A stretch of DNA of 63,366 bases, the filler included, from Rhabdomonas costata (lineage: Eukaryota), in NCBI GenBank assembly GCA_019059605.1. It is 36 parts of 36 records of this genome, joined end to end, with 100 filler letters (N's around TTAATTAATTAA, not from the genome) between each part and the next. Parts side by side here need not be neighbours in the genome. Positions count along the whole stretch, not along the records: positions 1 to 1,664 come from JAHMHO010011054.1; positions 1,765 to 3,428 come from JAHMHO010011055.1; positions 3,529 to 5,188 come from JAHMHO010011056.1; positions 5,289 to 6,952 come from JAHMHO010011057.1; positions 7,053 to 8,716 come from JAHMHO010011058.1; positions 8,817 to 10,479 come from JAHMHO010011059.1; positions 10,580 to 12,242 come from JAHMHO010011060.1; positions 12,343 to 14,006 come from JAHMHO010011061.1; 28 more parts are not named here. One strand, given 5' to 3'. Of this stretch, positions 1-12,370 are shown in pieces. A model generated the notes under the pieces. The model was not told the DNA's origin, did not search any database, and worked only from the letters and a program-made list of their open reading frames with translations. The translations under genes were made by a program, and so were the position numbers. Positions within the stretch are counted from its first letter, which is position 1, and each line of letters begins with the position of its first letter.

Positions 1-776
1 GTTGTTGTGTACAGTTGGTGCTGCTTTTCACTCCTCTCACGCTCTTGTCAGCGCCACAGCTCGGAGACTACGTTCTGCTAAAAGTGGACGCTGTGCTCAG
101 GTATTTTGCATCTTTTATCGTGATATGGGTGATTCAAGTGTTTTTTTTTAACATTTTGAGTGATTTAGGTACCTGTAATACATTCCCAAGAGGCGGTCGC
201 GGCACGTGTGGCCGCGCATGCTGAGATTCGGCGCACTTTTTTCACCCCGTCTGTGCAGTTTAGACCCTTGTTTACCACGACCCACAACCTGCATCGCTTT
301 GCAGGTGTGGGAAACCTGCAGTGGTCACAAGTTTTCCTTTGCTCCGACAGCGTAAGATCAGAATTTCAGAAATGTTTGATTTCGCCGCCACCAATTGAAA
401 CACTATTTGCAGAAAATTGACTTTGTCAGGGTTTCTTTTAGAACGTTGCCGGTCTGCTGCATTTTCATTTTTCTCATTTTTAGTCAACTTTCGCAAATTT
501 TCGGTTCATCAAAGTGCTGAAGTTGTTCCTGCAACAACATTCTTGCGCCCGAGAATTACTCAGAGCTTATGATCTCTTACGAGAAGCCTGAGGAAATTGC
601 TAGTTGAAAACTACCCAATTACCCCAGCCTGACGACTGCTACGCGGTCGAAGGGCTAATTTCTGTGCCCCGCATGGGGTTTCTTTTTGTCATCGCTGTCT
701 CAGTGAACTTCGTCTGTCATCCAACTTTTTGCCATCTCTCGGGTTACTGCGACAGTTCGTCAGTTGTTCACGCACC

Positions 777-982
777 GCCCCCCCCCCCTAACCCCCTGCG
801 AGATCACATGAACTCACCTCGGGGCACACGTGCACACCTTCGCCCAAAATATGCTCAAGAATTTTATAGCCTCGCCATAAAATTTGGAAACTTTAATGGC
901 GGTGCTATAAAACTTTGACCATTTCGAAATTTTAGACCAAGGCCACAAAACTTAAAAATAGTGCCACGATAGGGGGGGGGGC
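777..982. repeat. MITE-like element with nested inverted repeats
   Basis: Outer arms are G(C)11TA (777-790) and TA(G)10C (970-982). The inner imperfect inverted repeat is ttttatagcctcgccat / atggcggtgctataaaa (about 862-912). No recognisable coding potential. Confidence 0.35.
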
Positions 983-1664
983 TATTTGACATTTTTAACC
1001 GGCCTGCTTTTTCCCTACCCTCAACCCTCGGTCACAAACCGTGGCTGACTTCGCTTCTGCGAAAGAAATGCGTGAGTGTAAAACCAAGTGGTAGGTGACG
1101 AAGGTGAAAGAAATGTACATACCGGGGACGGCAAAGCAAAGAACTTGCCTTTAACTCTATGTGGTAGCACCGACTGCTAGGATTCCCAAGCGCATGCTGC
1201 AAAGAGGCTCTGCGCACCGTGTGCAAAAATAGTTATTGCAAACTGCACCACCCACTCACAGCAATCTGTCGGCGAAACCCTGCCTTTCCTTCTAAACGCT
1301 TTTGACGCTGAAACATTTTCAGTAACCCCTGCTATCATATAACACCACCGAAGCGGAATCCAAACAGGTCACTTTCGGAAAGGGCAACGGGTACAAAGAG
1401 AGCCCAGCCTACAGTTTTTCTCTCAAAAAAACCCAAGCCCAAGGTAAAGAAAGAAAGCGTAAAAAGAAAACCAAGCCTGTGCAAAGGCCCCAGAACACTC
1501 CAAAATGGCCCCTAAATGGCCTGTAGGGTGCCTGTACACACAAGTATACCAGCCCACTCCGGTGCCAGCATGAAAGCTTAGGCTCAGTATTCAGGCCTGA
1601 GAGGACCAAAAAGTCCCCAAGGGTTGGAAACGCGCCTGGGAACCGAATGACCGCCCCCCCCACC

Positions 1665-1764
1665 NNNNNNNNNNNNNNNNNNNNNNNNNNNNNNNNNNNN
1701 NNNNNNNNTTAATTAATTAANNNNNNNNNNNNNNNNNNNNNNNNNNNNNNNNNNNNNNNNNNNN
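1665..1764. other. Artificial contig-joining spacer (44 N + TTAATTAATTAA + 44 N), first of 35
   Basis: Identical 100-nt spacers start at 1665, 3429, 5189, 6953, 8717, 10480, 12243, 14007, 15771, 17538, 19302, 21066, 22825, 24588, 26350, 28113, 29876, 31638, 33400, 35163, 36926, 38689, 40452, 42215, 43980, 45743, 47502, 49265, 51028, 52791, 54554, 56317, 58080, 59843 and 61605. The 12-mer places stops in all six frames. Confidence 0.99.
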
Positions 1765-1944
1765 GTGGTGGGTTTCAAGTCTCCAAGGTGTGGACATGAC
1801 TCCCACTTCTCCAGGCGACGAGTACTCGGAGTGGCGATTCACATGTTGAATTCTCGATGAAGGTAATATGATCATCTGCGTCCGGGCTAGCGCTTTGTTT
1901 GGGATCAGAGTGAAATCTCGTGTGTTGTATTCTTTTTGTTGCAG

Positions 1945-3022
1945 GCGCGTGCTCCCTCTTTGTTGACGGTGGCTTCATGGCAGAATGACAACTCGCTTCT
2001 ACCCCTTGGTGTAGGAGGAGAGGTTCGCTTCCCCACCTTCGCACCCATGACTTCCCTTCGCACTGTCTTGCGACACAATGCCGCCAGGACTCCAAATCTT
2101 TCTTATCCTGAGAGTGCTAATCTTCTGATTTCGATGCAGCTTTTTTGCCCTTCCTTTTCTGTTGTTTTCCCCCAGCACCAGCACCGCTAAGACTCTGAGA
2201 GAGTTGTGCTCGTGTCTTTTTGTTCCCTTGCTGTATTTTTTTTTGGTGGGAAATCCGTTAGTGGGAGCCGGGGATGCCTTTCCTTTGCCCTGTGGGGCTG
2301 CGGCACAGGTCATCTTCCGGAGCTCTGCGCCAGGATCAGCCTTGGTGGGGGTAATGAACCGCACCGCCTGCGGCGACGCAGGGTCCGGGATGCCTCCGTG
2401 CCCGACCCCGGCAGTGTACTCGCTGAACTCGAGCCGTCTGGTGCCCACCTCGACCTCGAGTTCCGGCCTGAGCAACCTTACTGGGGTCTCCTTTTTCTTG
2501 AGTCACCTCGTGGGGCTGATCTCTCTAAGGAAAAAAAGCAAACCCTTTCAAAAAAGGTCAAAGCGGGGCAGTTCTTGTGTCCACCAGTGAATTTTTGCCA
2601 CTCCGAATTGGTAAAAGGTTTGGCGTTGAGAGGCGTCGGTTTCGCATGGCAGACTCTCAGAGGTTTTAGCGATCCCTAGGCTCCGCGGTGCAAAATAAAA
2701 GGCGTGACACCAAAAGGCGAGTTGTGTGTACGATTTGGGTCGGTTTCGATTTTGGCCGACACCGGTGTGTGACCACAGGGTGTTGTTCTTTTGTATGGTT
2801 TGCTGCCATGCCGTTGTAACACCCTTTCCTTTGAGACGGAAATCGGGAAAGTGGAAGTCATTTATGGAGTGCTACCTCCTCATGCTCTATACCTTGCGCC
2901 TGAATGGCAGGATAACTTCGAGCGCTACCTTCTGGCCAGCGGCAGGCTGCAGCAGCAGTTGCTCAACCTCACCTTGGAGGCCGGCTCTCCCGTTAATGTC
3001 GTCACTCTGCTGGAGCTGGCAG
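1945..3022 (+). CDS. Hypothetical protein, partial, multi-exon
   Basis: Open GC-rich segments bounded by AG/GT at about 1945-2022 (ARAPSLLTVASWQNDNSLLPLGVGGE), 2309-2486 (VIFRSSAPG...SNLTG) and about 2837-3022 (TEIGKVEVIYG...LLELA). Family not recognised. Confidence 0.35.
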
Positions 3023-3164
3023 GTGAGCCATGATTGCGTTAGTGCCAGCCTTCAGAGGCACTGCCATCACGCAGCAGCTTTTTGACCTCCACAACTAACT
3101 GAAAACCTTTGATCCCGACAAATTCTTTTTTTTGAAAAGAAATCGGCTGTCAAGGAAGGAGGAC

Positions 3165-3215
3165 AAAAAAGTCGCCGACTGGGATTCGAACCCGGGAACT
3201 GCCGCGACGAAGCTC
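3165..3215 (-). other. tRNA-derived fragment (T-arm/B-box followed by T6), possible SINE relic
   Basis: The minus strand reads cccgGGTTCGAATCCcagtcggcgacTTTTTT. I could not fold a complete cloverleaf. Confidence 0.4.
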
Positions 3216-5390
3216 GCCAACCAGTTCAGAAAAGCCCTCTTCTCTGAAACAAAGCGATGATAAGCAGCATTCATGCAAAAGGTAAAACGGACAGTGGACA
3301 GTTGTTCTCATAAGGAACAGGATTATCGTGGATGCCGACATTCCGTGGAGGCGTGACTGAAAAATTTTCCAAGAATACTTGGTATGCTTGGTCGTTGTTA
3401 ACGGTTTCAACGTTTTAACCCCCCACACNNNNNNNNNNNNNNNNNNNNNNNNNNNNNNNNNNNNNNNNNNNNTTAATTAATTAANNNNNNNNNNNNNNNN
3501 NNNNNNNNNNNNNNNNNNNNNNNNNNNNAAAAATAAGGTCTCGAGACATCTCGAAACTCAGAATTTAGTATGTTACGAGTTTGCAGCTGAAGTCCTGGGA
3601 ACGCTATAAAATGCCGCTGGGCAGGTATGTGCGCATACAATGCATTTAAACGTTTTTGGGTTACTGAGGCTAAAAGCGCGTGTTCGTGTGAGGTTACGGT
3701 AGCGTGCTATGTCAGAGTCATGCGAAGTGGCGAGCCATCTGGGCAAAACTTGACATGTTACTGCTCATAAACCTCGAATTAGCTGGGGAGTGTCAACTAA
3801 GTTGAGTTTTATCTCTTTATATTTTATATTTTATCTCTTTTATTTTTATCAGGACAGCATCTAAACCGAAAAATGTCCTTGAAAGGCCTTTCCTATTTGC
3901 TCTTTCGCCAGCAATGATCAAAAAGTCCCAAAAAATGGCCTATGTGGCAACTACAACCCCCCCCATAAAAATAACCTCAAAAAGTCTCAAAATAAAAAGA
4001 CCCGCAGAAGGCCTCTGCGGCTCCAAACGCATGCACTCCGGCCCACTACGGAGCCAACATGAAGTGCTCCTGAGCTCTACCCTTGGGTATGCTAAGCAGG
4101 CCCGGCCAAGAGCTTAGACTCAGCATGCAGACCGGTAAAAGTGTGCGTCGGAGTAGAAGGGGGCGAGGTGGGTGTTTTAAGGACCTTAAAGGTGCTGACC
4201 TTGTCCGAGCGACGAAGCAGAAGCACCTCACGGCCGGACGCAGTGCCTGGCGCGGGCCTGCTCAGAAACGCTGTGACGACGCGCCATCGCGCAGCCATTG
4301 CAATAAACACAAGGTGAATGGGCAATCGAAATGCGAAACGTTTGCAAACGAGAAAGAAAAACACGGTACAAACGGAGTCTGGTGGAAACGGAGGAAGTTC
4401 GACACAAAAAACAATACACAATAGCTACACGTGCACTCCAATTGTTGGGGACATGGCATCACGTCGAATGGACCACATGAACATTCTGGAACCCAAAACC
4501 TATAAGTGATGCACCACCGATGAAAAAGTCGGCAGGTAAGGTCGAGGGGTCAGAATGAAGGTGAGAGGGTCAAACCATGCGGCCGAACGCCGGCGGGATA
4601 CCTTGACCTGGCTGCACCTTTTTGCTTCTGAATCTTGAACAACTCGCACAGGAGTTCCAAAGCACCTTCCAATGAATCCAATAAAGGTTCTGTTCACCCG
4701 TGGGATGTCTACCCATAGCAAAGGAAGCCATCCCTTGCACACAAGCTCCCCGGTAGTGGTAGTTCCGGCGCATACGTGCGAACTCACGGAGTCACCGGGG
4801 GCGGGGGCAAAAATCATTCTCAATCCAGCAGCCAATCGCAGAATCCTACTTGATTTTTATTGATTTTCAGTAACATTCTGAGGGAAAAAGGCGATCGGAT
4901 ACGTTCGCATCACAAATCCAAGACGCTATGGTAGTAATTATGAACCTAAGTGGAAGAGGATGCACAAGAAAAAACGCAATCAGTGTCTGCAGATTCCACG
5001 TGCTTGCAAAAACAACCTCCACCAGAATTCACAGAAGCAGTGGAGCAGGGGAGGGGGGAGGTGAGGGGAGGGGGTGTTGGTGAAGGCTGGGTGAGTTCTG
5101 GTAGGCGTGGCACATTTCCAATTCTACAAGGAGCCCCGTAACCACTCAACAAAGAGAGAAAGAAAGAGAGAGAGAGATCAAAAACAAANNNNNNNNNNNN
5201 NNNNNNNNNNNNNNNNNNNNNNNNNNNNNNNNTTAATTAATTAANNNNNNNNNNNNNNNNNNNNNNNNNNNNNNNNNNNNNNNNNNNNTGTGGTTTTTTG
5301 TGCTGCTGCTGACATTCTTGAGACTAGTGATTTCGCATTCGTCACATCAGCCAGGGTTGGTTCTTTTACGGGGGTGTTGGCTCTGCGCAG

Positions 5391-6952
5391 GGATGGGCGC
5401 GACGCTTTGGCTGAAGCGAGAGGACCTGCTGCACACCGGGGCGCACAAGATCAACAACGCCCTGGGGCAGGCCGTGCTGGCGAAGTGGCTGGGCAAGAGC
5501 AGGATGATCGCGGAGACGGGCGCGGGGCAGCACGGCGTGGTATCCCAGCAGCTTGACCCCCCCTCGTGCACACGTGCAATTACCTATCCCTACTGCTTTG
5601 TGACAGACCCCCCGACATTTACTGTGGGGTTTGGTTGCGACCTAACCATCTGCTGTGGTTTTGAAGAGCTATTCTTCCCTGCCGTTGTTTGTACGAAACA
5701 TTCCAGTCGCAGTCTTGTGAACTTCGGCGCAGCTTTGCATCGGTTTTCACTCTCTCTAACCCTTTGCTGTAAGCGCCTGACTTGTCACTTACTAGCAGAG
5801 TAATGACTGTGAACCGAGAAAACGAAATGGGTGAGAACATACAGTGACGAGGGCTTGCGCGGCCCATGGGTTTGTTCTTCGGTTACCGCGCTCCACCCTT
5901 TCCTCTTTTCTTTCCACACCTTTGTACTCAGGCAACGGCCACCGTGTGCGCCCTGTTCAGCTTGAAGTGCAGGGTGTGCCTCCTGTGCATTGCTTGTTGA
6001 TATTTCCGAGTTCCTCAGTGTCACCGTTTCGGGGTCAATGGGCGAGAACAGCTTCCGATGTGGCGTCACCGATCCACTCAAGCAGAGCCTCTGCCGCCAG
6101 GCTGGCGCTTGCATTGTTTGTTTTTTGCAAACACCTCCCTGCTCTTCGAACATAGAGTACAGGAGATCGCAGTGTTGCTCTCTCGGAATTGTGCTTCTCT
6201 CTTTTTCATCTCACGGACAGGTGTACATGGGTGCGCTGGACGTGGTCCGGCAGAACCTGAACGTCATCCGAATGCGCGCCCTGGGGGCTGAGGTGGTGGC
6301 GGTGGAGTCCGGTGGGAAGACCCTCAATGACGCCGTCAACGAGGCCTGTGGACACCTTTACACCCCAAACCCCACCCTCCTGCGTGCTGCGTGCTGCGGG
6401 CAAGAAGCGGCACAAGGTTGTCCAGAACATCACATATTAGCCCACCTGGCAAAAATGAAAGTGATTGCGGAACAAGGATCAGTCTGTAGCCATTTCCTGT
6501 TCGGCGTAAGCCTCCAAAGTCGGAGCTAGTAGGAGAACTTGCCAGAAGATCGCTGTGCGTCCAACTTGATGAGGAGGATAATCCAGTTGCCGTCACCTTT
6601 CTCAGATAGTCAGCAACAGATTTGACCAATGTGCTGCGAAGATGTTACTGTGACGAGGTACGGCGAACAGGCTTACTTCTTCGATCACCCGGTGCCAATA
6701 GGAAACCGCCCCGTGAGGTCCCAAAAGCCTTCTGCATGTACTTGGCAGTGATACCCCTGAGGACATCCTTTTTTTGCCGCTGCAGGCCCTGAGGGACTGG
6801 GCCAGCTCCTCTGAGACGACGCACTACATGATTGGCAGCTGTGTGGGGCCGCACCCCTTCCCCACGATGGTGCGGGATTTCCAGTCCATCATCGGCCAGG
6901 AGGCCAGGAAGCAATTCCAGCAGGAAATGGGCAGGATGCCCGACAAACAACA
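5391..6952 (+). CDS. trpB: Tryptophan synthase beta chain, partial (4 exons)
   Basis: Exons 5391-5539, 5932-5973, 6221-6343 and 6786-6952 join in frame. They give [16 protein letters not shown] (PLP lysine), [25 protein letters not shown] and DAVNEALRDW...[21 protein letters not shown]. Confidence 0.97.
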
Positions 6953-8135
6953 NNNNNNNNNNNNNNNNNNNNNNNNNNNNNNNNNNNNNNNNNNNNTTAA
7001 TTAATTAANNNNNNNNNNNNNNNNNNNNNNNNNNNNNNNNNNNNNNNNNNNNGGTTTGTGGGTATGAGAAGGAGGGAAGCTGTGGGGAGGGAGGGGGGAG
7101 GCACCGGAATGCTTCCAGAGGTCACGGCCCGCAGCAGAGTGTTGCGGACGTAAGTGCAGGGAGCCTTCATTGTAGGCTGGAACTGCAGCAAAGGCACATG
7201 AACACATCCATTACGGGAACGGAGGTACGATCAGTCATCCGTTGTGCACGCAGCTATACATATGCGGTGGCACACGGCACGCTCAATTCCCACCACAGCT
7301 ATTTCACAACAACTTTTGCGTGTGTACCCAAACATCAGTACTGATGCATATGCGGCTTCATCCGTTTTCTGCGATGGCAAAGTTCTGGTCTTCTCGGGGT
7401 GCAATGGGCGGTGAGGAGGAGGGTAATCGCAATCGTTGTCCAAATACATAGCCGCTCAAAGCGGAACGTGTGTGTGTGTGTGGGGGGGAGACAGAACACA
7501 GCTTTGAAATGAAAGCAATTCGCTGTTCATTTGAGAAAATAAGTGAGCCAATAAAAACCAGGCTACTCCAGGCACCGTTGCACGCACAGACAAATGGCGA
7601 ACCTTTGAGAGCCACAGCAGCAGCTGGTCTAGAAGAGCGCTGCAAATGGCCACCGAGGGCTCAAAGGGGAAGGGCTGGCCCGCGCATTTCTTGTGCACAG
7701 TCTCGACAATCTGTGAAAAGAGAAGGAGCGATTGATCCACACAAAGACGGAAAGAAAAGAAAAGCACAACTTCACAGGTCGACAACCTGCGACCCAGTAA
7801 AAACGATTGGTTTCGTTGGGCAGTGCCAGGAGAAATATACGGCGTGATTGAAGGAATGCACCTTATGTGTACGCATCGGAAAACCCGAGGCAAGTGAACA
7901 GGCTTCAACCAAGCGTTGCAAAGCATGATCGAAGCGGTTCGCAGAAAGAATGCCAGTCCCTTCCGTCACAAAAACAAGAGAAACCGTCATACCTTGAAAA
8001 AATACAAGCAACTTTGTGTCCCATTGCGTTAGCATGGTTCTGCCGCAGATTGCGCGTTGAAACGCGCAGGCTCTGCGAAACCGTCCACCTGCGTGACAGT
8101 GGCATTATTGACGGTGCAATTTTGGCAGCACAGAC

Positions 8136-8284
8136 CTCCGTGAGCTCTCTGGCGACGTCCTCGCTGTCGCTCTTGTAGAAATAGCCGTCCAGGTAGGCTG
8201 CCACGGCGCGCATCTTGATGTCCAGGTTGTCAGAGTCCAGACGGTCCAGAAGGGCCTTGAGGCTCTTGTGCATCGCGTCAAAGC
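8136..8284 (-). CDS. Hypothetical protein exon (helical, possibly HEAT/ARM-like)
   Basis: GC-rich AG/GT-bounded exon encoding MHKSLKALLDRLDSDNLDIKMRAVAAYLDGYFYKSDSEDVARELTE. Confidence 0.35.
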
Positions 8285-9843
8285 CTGCCGCAAAAGAAAA
8301 ACCACATCGTCATCCCAAAATCATCCCCGATTCCACCCCTTGCATGCACCAAGAAGTAAGCGAGGCACGCGCTGTGTTTCCGTGAAGCAGTCGCGCAAGG
8401 CGGTCTGACACCCGATCTTTATTCCACCTCATTCGACTGCGCACGGTTCAGCGTGACAGGTTCTCCAAGGGCAGCGTAGCCAATCAGATACAGCAGGCTA
8501 CATCGTAAACAGAGTTGTTAACCAGGATGCCGTGAAAGACCTGACCCCTGGCTTAAAAATAGGCTTGAAGGGCTGTTCGAAATGTCACACACTAAATTCT
8601 CAAATTTTGAGGTGTTCCAAGGCATAGAATGAAGAAAAGCCACAGAGATTTTGCATGACATCCTCATTCCAATTCCGTAAAAAACCCCCCATCCCATCCT
8701 TGTCACTCTAATATTTNNNNNNNNNNNNNNNNNNNNNNNNNNNNNNNNNNNNNNNNNNNNTTAATTAATTAANNNNNNNNNNNNNNNNNNNNNNNNNNNN
8801 NNNNNNNNNNNNNNNNGGTTTTTTGGTCTTAGTACAATAGATTCGTAACCTCGTAGACTATAGACCCCCCTTTCAGCTCCTTAGACAACAGTAGCTGGCA
8901 AAAGATGAGTGGGATTCCTCCTGAAGATCCTTTTGGAAGCCTCCCACGATTTCGCACGCTGTTTGGGGGTGCATCGTTGCCTCTGCGATCATTCCTTTGC
9001 CTGCCGCTGTTATATCAATTGCATTTGTTCTCATCCTCAGCAATTTGCCATCAGCACAGTCTGCGCGTTATGAAAGAAAAGACGGAAACAATCTGGAAAG
9101 AAGGACAAGAATGCGGTGCATATGCCACATACATAACAGGTTGGAAAATGTGTTGGAGGTGTAGTAAAACAAAACATACAAAGCATCCTAGAGAAAATTA
9201 AACCACAGTCCATCATTCGCCTTGCAAGCATGAAAACAAGCATAAAATCGCTGGTCGTTTGTTTGCGCGGTTGGCTGCCACCCAATTCATTGCCCCATGT
9301 TCGGTGCAATGGAAGTTGGGGGAGGGGAACGGTTATCACTGGTGACAACTTCTACTATGCGAACATTTTCTTTAAAAATTTTTCTGTTAAAAGGCCCCCA
9401 GATAACGTCCCCGACTCAGCCGCCCGCTCCGGCCGCGGCATGGACTGGTCCCCGCGGCACGCCGCGCCGCTGGCCTTCGCCCCTAAACTAATGCTATCCA
9501 ACTCTTCCGCCCAAATCCCAGCCATTGGCAAGCCCTTAGCCTGCCCCAGAAAGGTCATGCGATCCGGAAATGCACAGGAGCTGAGGACAACAGCACAGCA
9601 CAGCCGTATGCCCGGCATTGGCGATAAGAACTGACACGAAATCTTCCCAGTCGAATTCATCCATGCCTTTCTTGGAGCAGAATGAATGGCACACGCAGAT
9701 ACATTCCACAAGAGAAGTCAAAACCAAGGTGCAGTGCACACGAGCCAGTGGGCGCGCGCCCCTCCCACACACACACGCACACGCACAGAGCAGCAGCTGT
9801 GACAGTGCGGATGAGGTGGGAGGGTATGCAGGGAAGGGGTCTC

Positions 9844-10050
9844 TCAGCGGCGGGTGTGGTTGTTGAGCTTGCGCTTGCCCGAGTTGAGATGCTTGGGCTT
9901 GAGGTCGGGGATGTGGCGGTCCCCCTCCCCCTTGGGGGCACTCTTGTTGCGCACCTTGACCTTGGCAAACGACAGACGCTTGGCCCGCTCCGCGAGCTGC
10001 GCGCAAACAGGCACCCCCACTCCAGTCCGTTCCGCTGCACTCACAGAAAC
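9844..10050 (-). CDS. NOG1: Nucleolar GTP-binding protein 1, terminal exon
   Basis: KGEGDRHIPDLKPKHLNSGKRKLNNHTRR* matches the conserved NOG1/GTPBP4 C-terminus (GEaDR.I...KPKHL.SGKR). The exact acceptor is uncertain. Confidence 0.85.
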   Translation of the reverse strand, partial: VSVSAAERTGVGVPVCAQLAERAKRLSFAKVKVRNKSAPKGEGDRHIPDLKPKHLNSGKRKLNNHTRR

Positions 10051-10708
10051 TGAGCTACTAAATCTCCCACATTCCCCTGGGAATGGGGAGGAGGGCAAAA
10101 AGTCTTGCTCACCAAAACCCAGAACCCAAGTAGGGAGGAAGTAAGAACCGACCCAAATACCCCCTTCGGAGCTCAACAGCTCATCGTGTCAAAAATGAAG
10201 TTGCCCCGGAAGTCAAGGGAATGCGCAGGGAATCCGCAGGATATCGTATCGCCCCATAGAAACAGGCAAAAAGTATATCATTTCTTCATAAAGTACACTA
10301 CATCCACACAAAATATGCAAAGTTGGGGATTAGGAAGGGGGGGTTGGATCTCACACCTGAACACATGGTCGCTTCCGTGCTGGGTATTATCTATGTGGGA
10401 TTTTTGGGAATAGGGAGTGCCGTCGTAAAGCGGGGCTTCACTCTCTCCTTCCAACAAAGCTTCTCCTCCCAACCCCACCNNNNNNNNNNNNNNNNNNNNN
10501 NNNNNNNNNNNNNNNNNNNNNNNTTAATTAATTAANNNNNNNNNNNNNNNNNNNNNNNNNNNNNNNNNNNNNNNNNNNNGGGTTGTGGGTCCCCACCAGA
10601 ACTCTGCCCAGGAAGGCAGAGCAGTCAAACCATGCAAAGTACAAAACTATGAAAAGAAAGCAACCGCATCAACGATGATAATCTAAAATGCATATAGCAG
10701 GGGGACAC

Positions 10709-12221
10709 CTTCGAAGTGTCTCGCCCTCGCTGGGAAAGGGGTCAGCAAGGTCTTCGGACCTCTCGTTGACTTCCTCTTCAGGAAAATCTTCGCCGTTGGT
10801 GGTGCATACCTGCGCACATAACGTAAACCCTTCAGCTTTTGGAGTGCTGGGAACGTCATCATGCTCAACTTCGAACGAGAGTTCGTTCAAATCCTATGCG
10901 TTTGCAATGCCTTCACAGTCGCTGAATGGTGCAGGGCAAATATGTGAAGCACTCCGTTAATATACCTTAATATATGTACCCTATCCAGCGACTGCAACAT
11001 CCGCTTCTCACTAATCTCTCACATGCACCAGGCAATTACTGGAATATTCAGGTCGAACGCTCACAACATGGGGTCCTTCATGGTATGGCCCGCGCCAACT
11101 CAAAAGTTAGAGGTAGGGTAGACCCACAACGAACAGGCCGACACGAGGCACCTCCACATCAAAACCAGTTTTTTCACCACTCCTTTTTCTAATCCACAAA
11201 TGCCTGATTCAGAGCGCACTTCCTCGGGCTGTGACTTTTTGAAGAAACGCGGCATAACGTCCTTTTCATCTCCCCAACAAATGCTGGGACAGGGGAAAGG
11301 AACGGACCACGGCCATGAACATTTTTTTCGCTACAACGCGCTTTCCGCCTAAAATACACCATACATACCAGTCCAACCGCAGCCTCAACGTCAATGCCCA
11401 GCCTCGTTTTGCGGCCCCTGAAGTCAAAGGCAACTTCGTAGACCGATTCGCCGTCCTGCTCCACCGACAAATGGCATTGAGCGGGGTCCTAGGCAAAAAA
11501 CCACCTCGTCAAATGGAGGTGCCTGCAATCAGCATACTGCAAGCGCAGTGCGATGCATTTCTTTTTTATTGGGGGGGGGGTAACTGTTTAAAACAGTTTC
11601 ACGTTGTCAAAACGTGCGTGTTACAATACTGGACGTCTGGTATTGAAGTAAATTTCTGGTATGTCAGAGGGCTGACTTTGGTGGTGACTTTGGTTCCCGG
11701 GAAGGGCGATAACCGGTTCCCAATAGAAGCACCATAAAAGGCACCATAAAGTGGGGAGGGGAGTTATCGTAGTCATGTGTTCATGCGCTCCCAAAAGCGG
11801 ACATAGGCCCGGTTTTCTGGCGGTCGAACCGACCAGCATACTTTTGAACCTTATCGTTAAGCGCTCCACCTTCCCAAAACGTATCAGACCCTGTAAGTCT
11901 TCTGCCTTCTTCAAACCAAAATCGACCATGAGTTTCGATCGTAAATTAATGAGTAACGAAGTTCTGGTCAGATACCATTGGGGCACGTGGGCCCAGTGCA
12001 CCCGTCGACAGCTCAACAATGGCAATAAAACGCAAAGCAACGCCACACCGTAATCGCAGCGACGAGTGAGGTCACCACAATACTCTTCTGGTCTTCACGG
12101 GAGTAGACCCGGTAGGGCCTCTGAGGGTCCTCCGTCTTCAGGCAAAGCTGCTCCGTCATCCGCACCAGCCTGGGCTTCCCCGGCTCCGAGCTGCGGTAGA
12201 GGTACAGCTGCCCAAGAGCCT
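10709..12221 (-). CDS. Hypothetical protein, partial (4 exons)
   Basis: Phase-compatible exons at about 12221-12076, 12001-11870, 11488-11378 and 10893-10709 (EALGQLYLYR.../VHWAHVPQW...IRFGK/DPAQCHLSVE...EAA/DLNELSFEVE...). Family not recognised. Confidence 0.45.
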
Positions 12222-12370
12222 CTGTTCAGAAAACAAAAAACANNNNNNNNNNNNNNNNNNNNNNNNNNNNNNNNNNNNNNNNNNNNTTAATTAATTAANN
12301 NNNNNNNNNNNNNNNNNNNNNNNNNNNNNNNNNNNNNNNNNNCACGGTTGCTGCTGGGGGGGGGGAGTCT

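Noticed and set aside
1945-2360. NRPS adenylation-like motif (LLPLGVGGEVIF)
   Set aside because: The following GY and TGD core motifs are absent, so the resemblance is too short to support.
3165-3240. Functional tRNA gene
   Set aside because: Only the T-arm and a 3' strand are present, with no D-arm or anticodon arm at the correct spacing.
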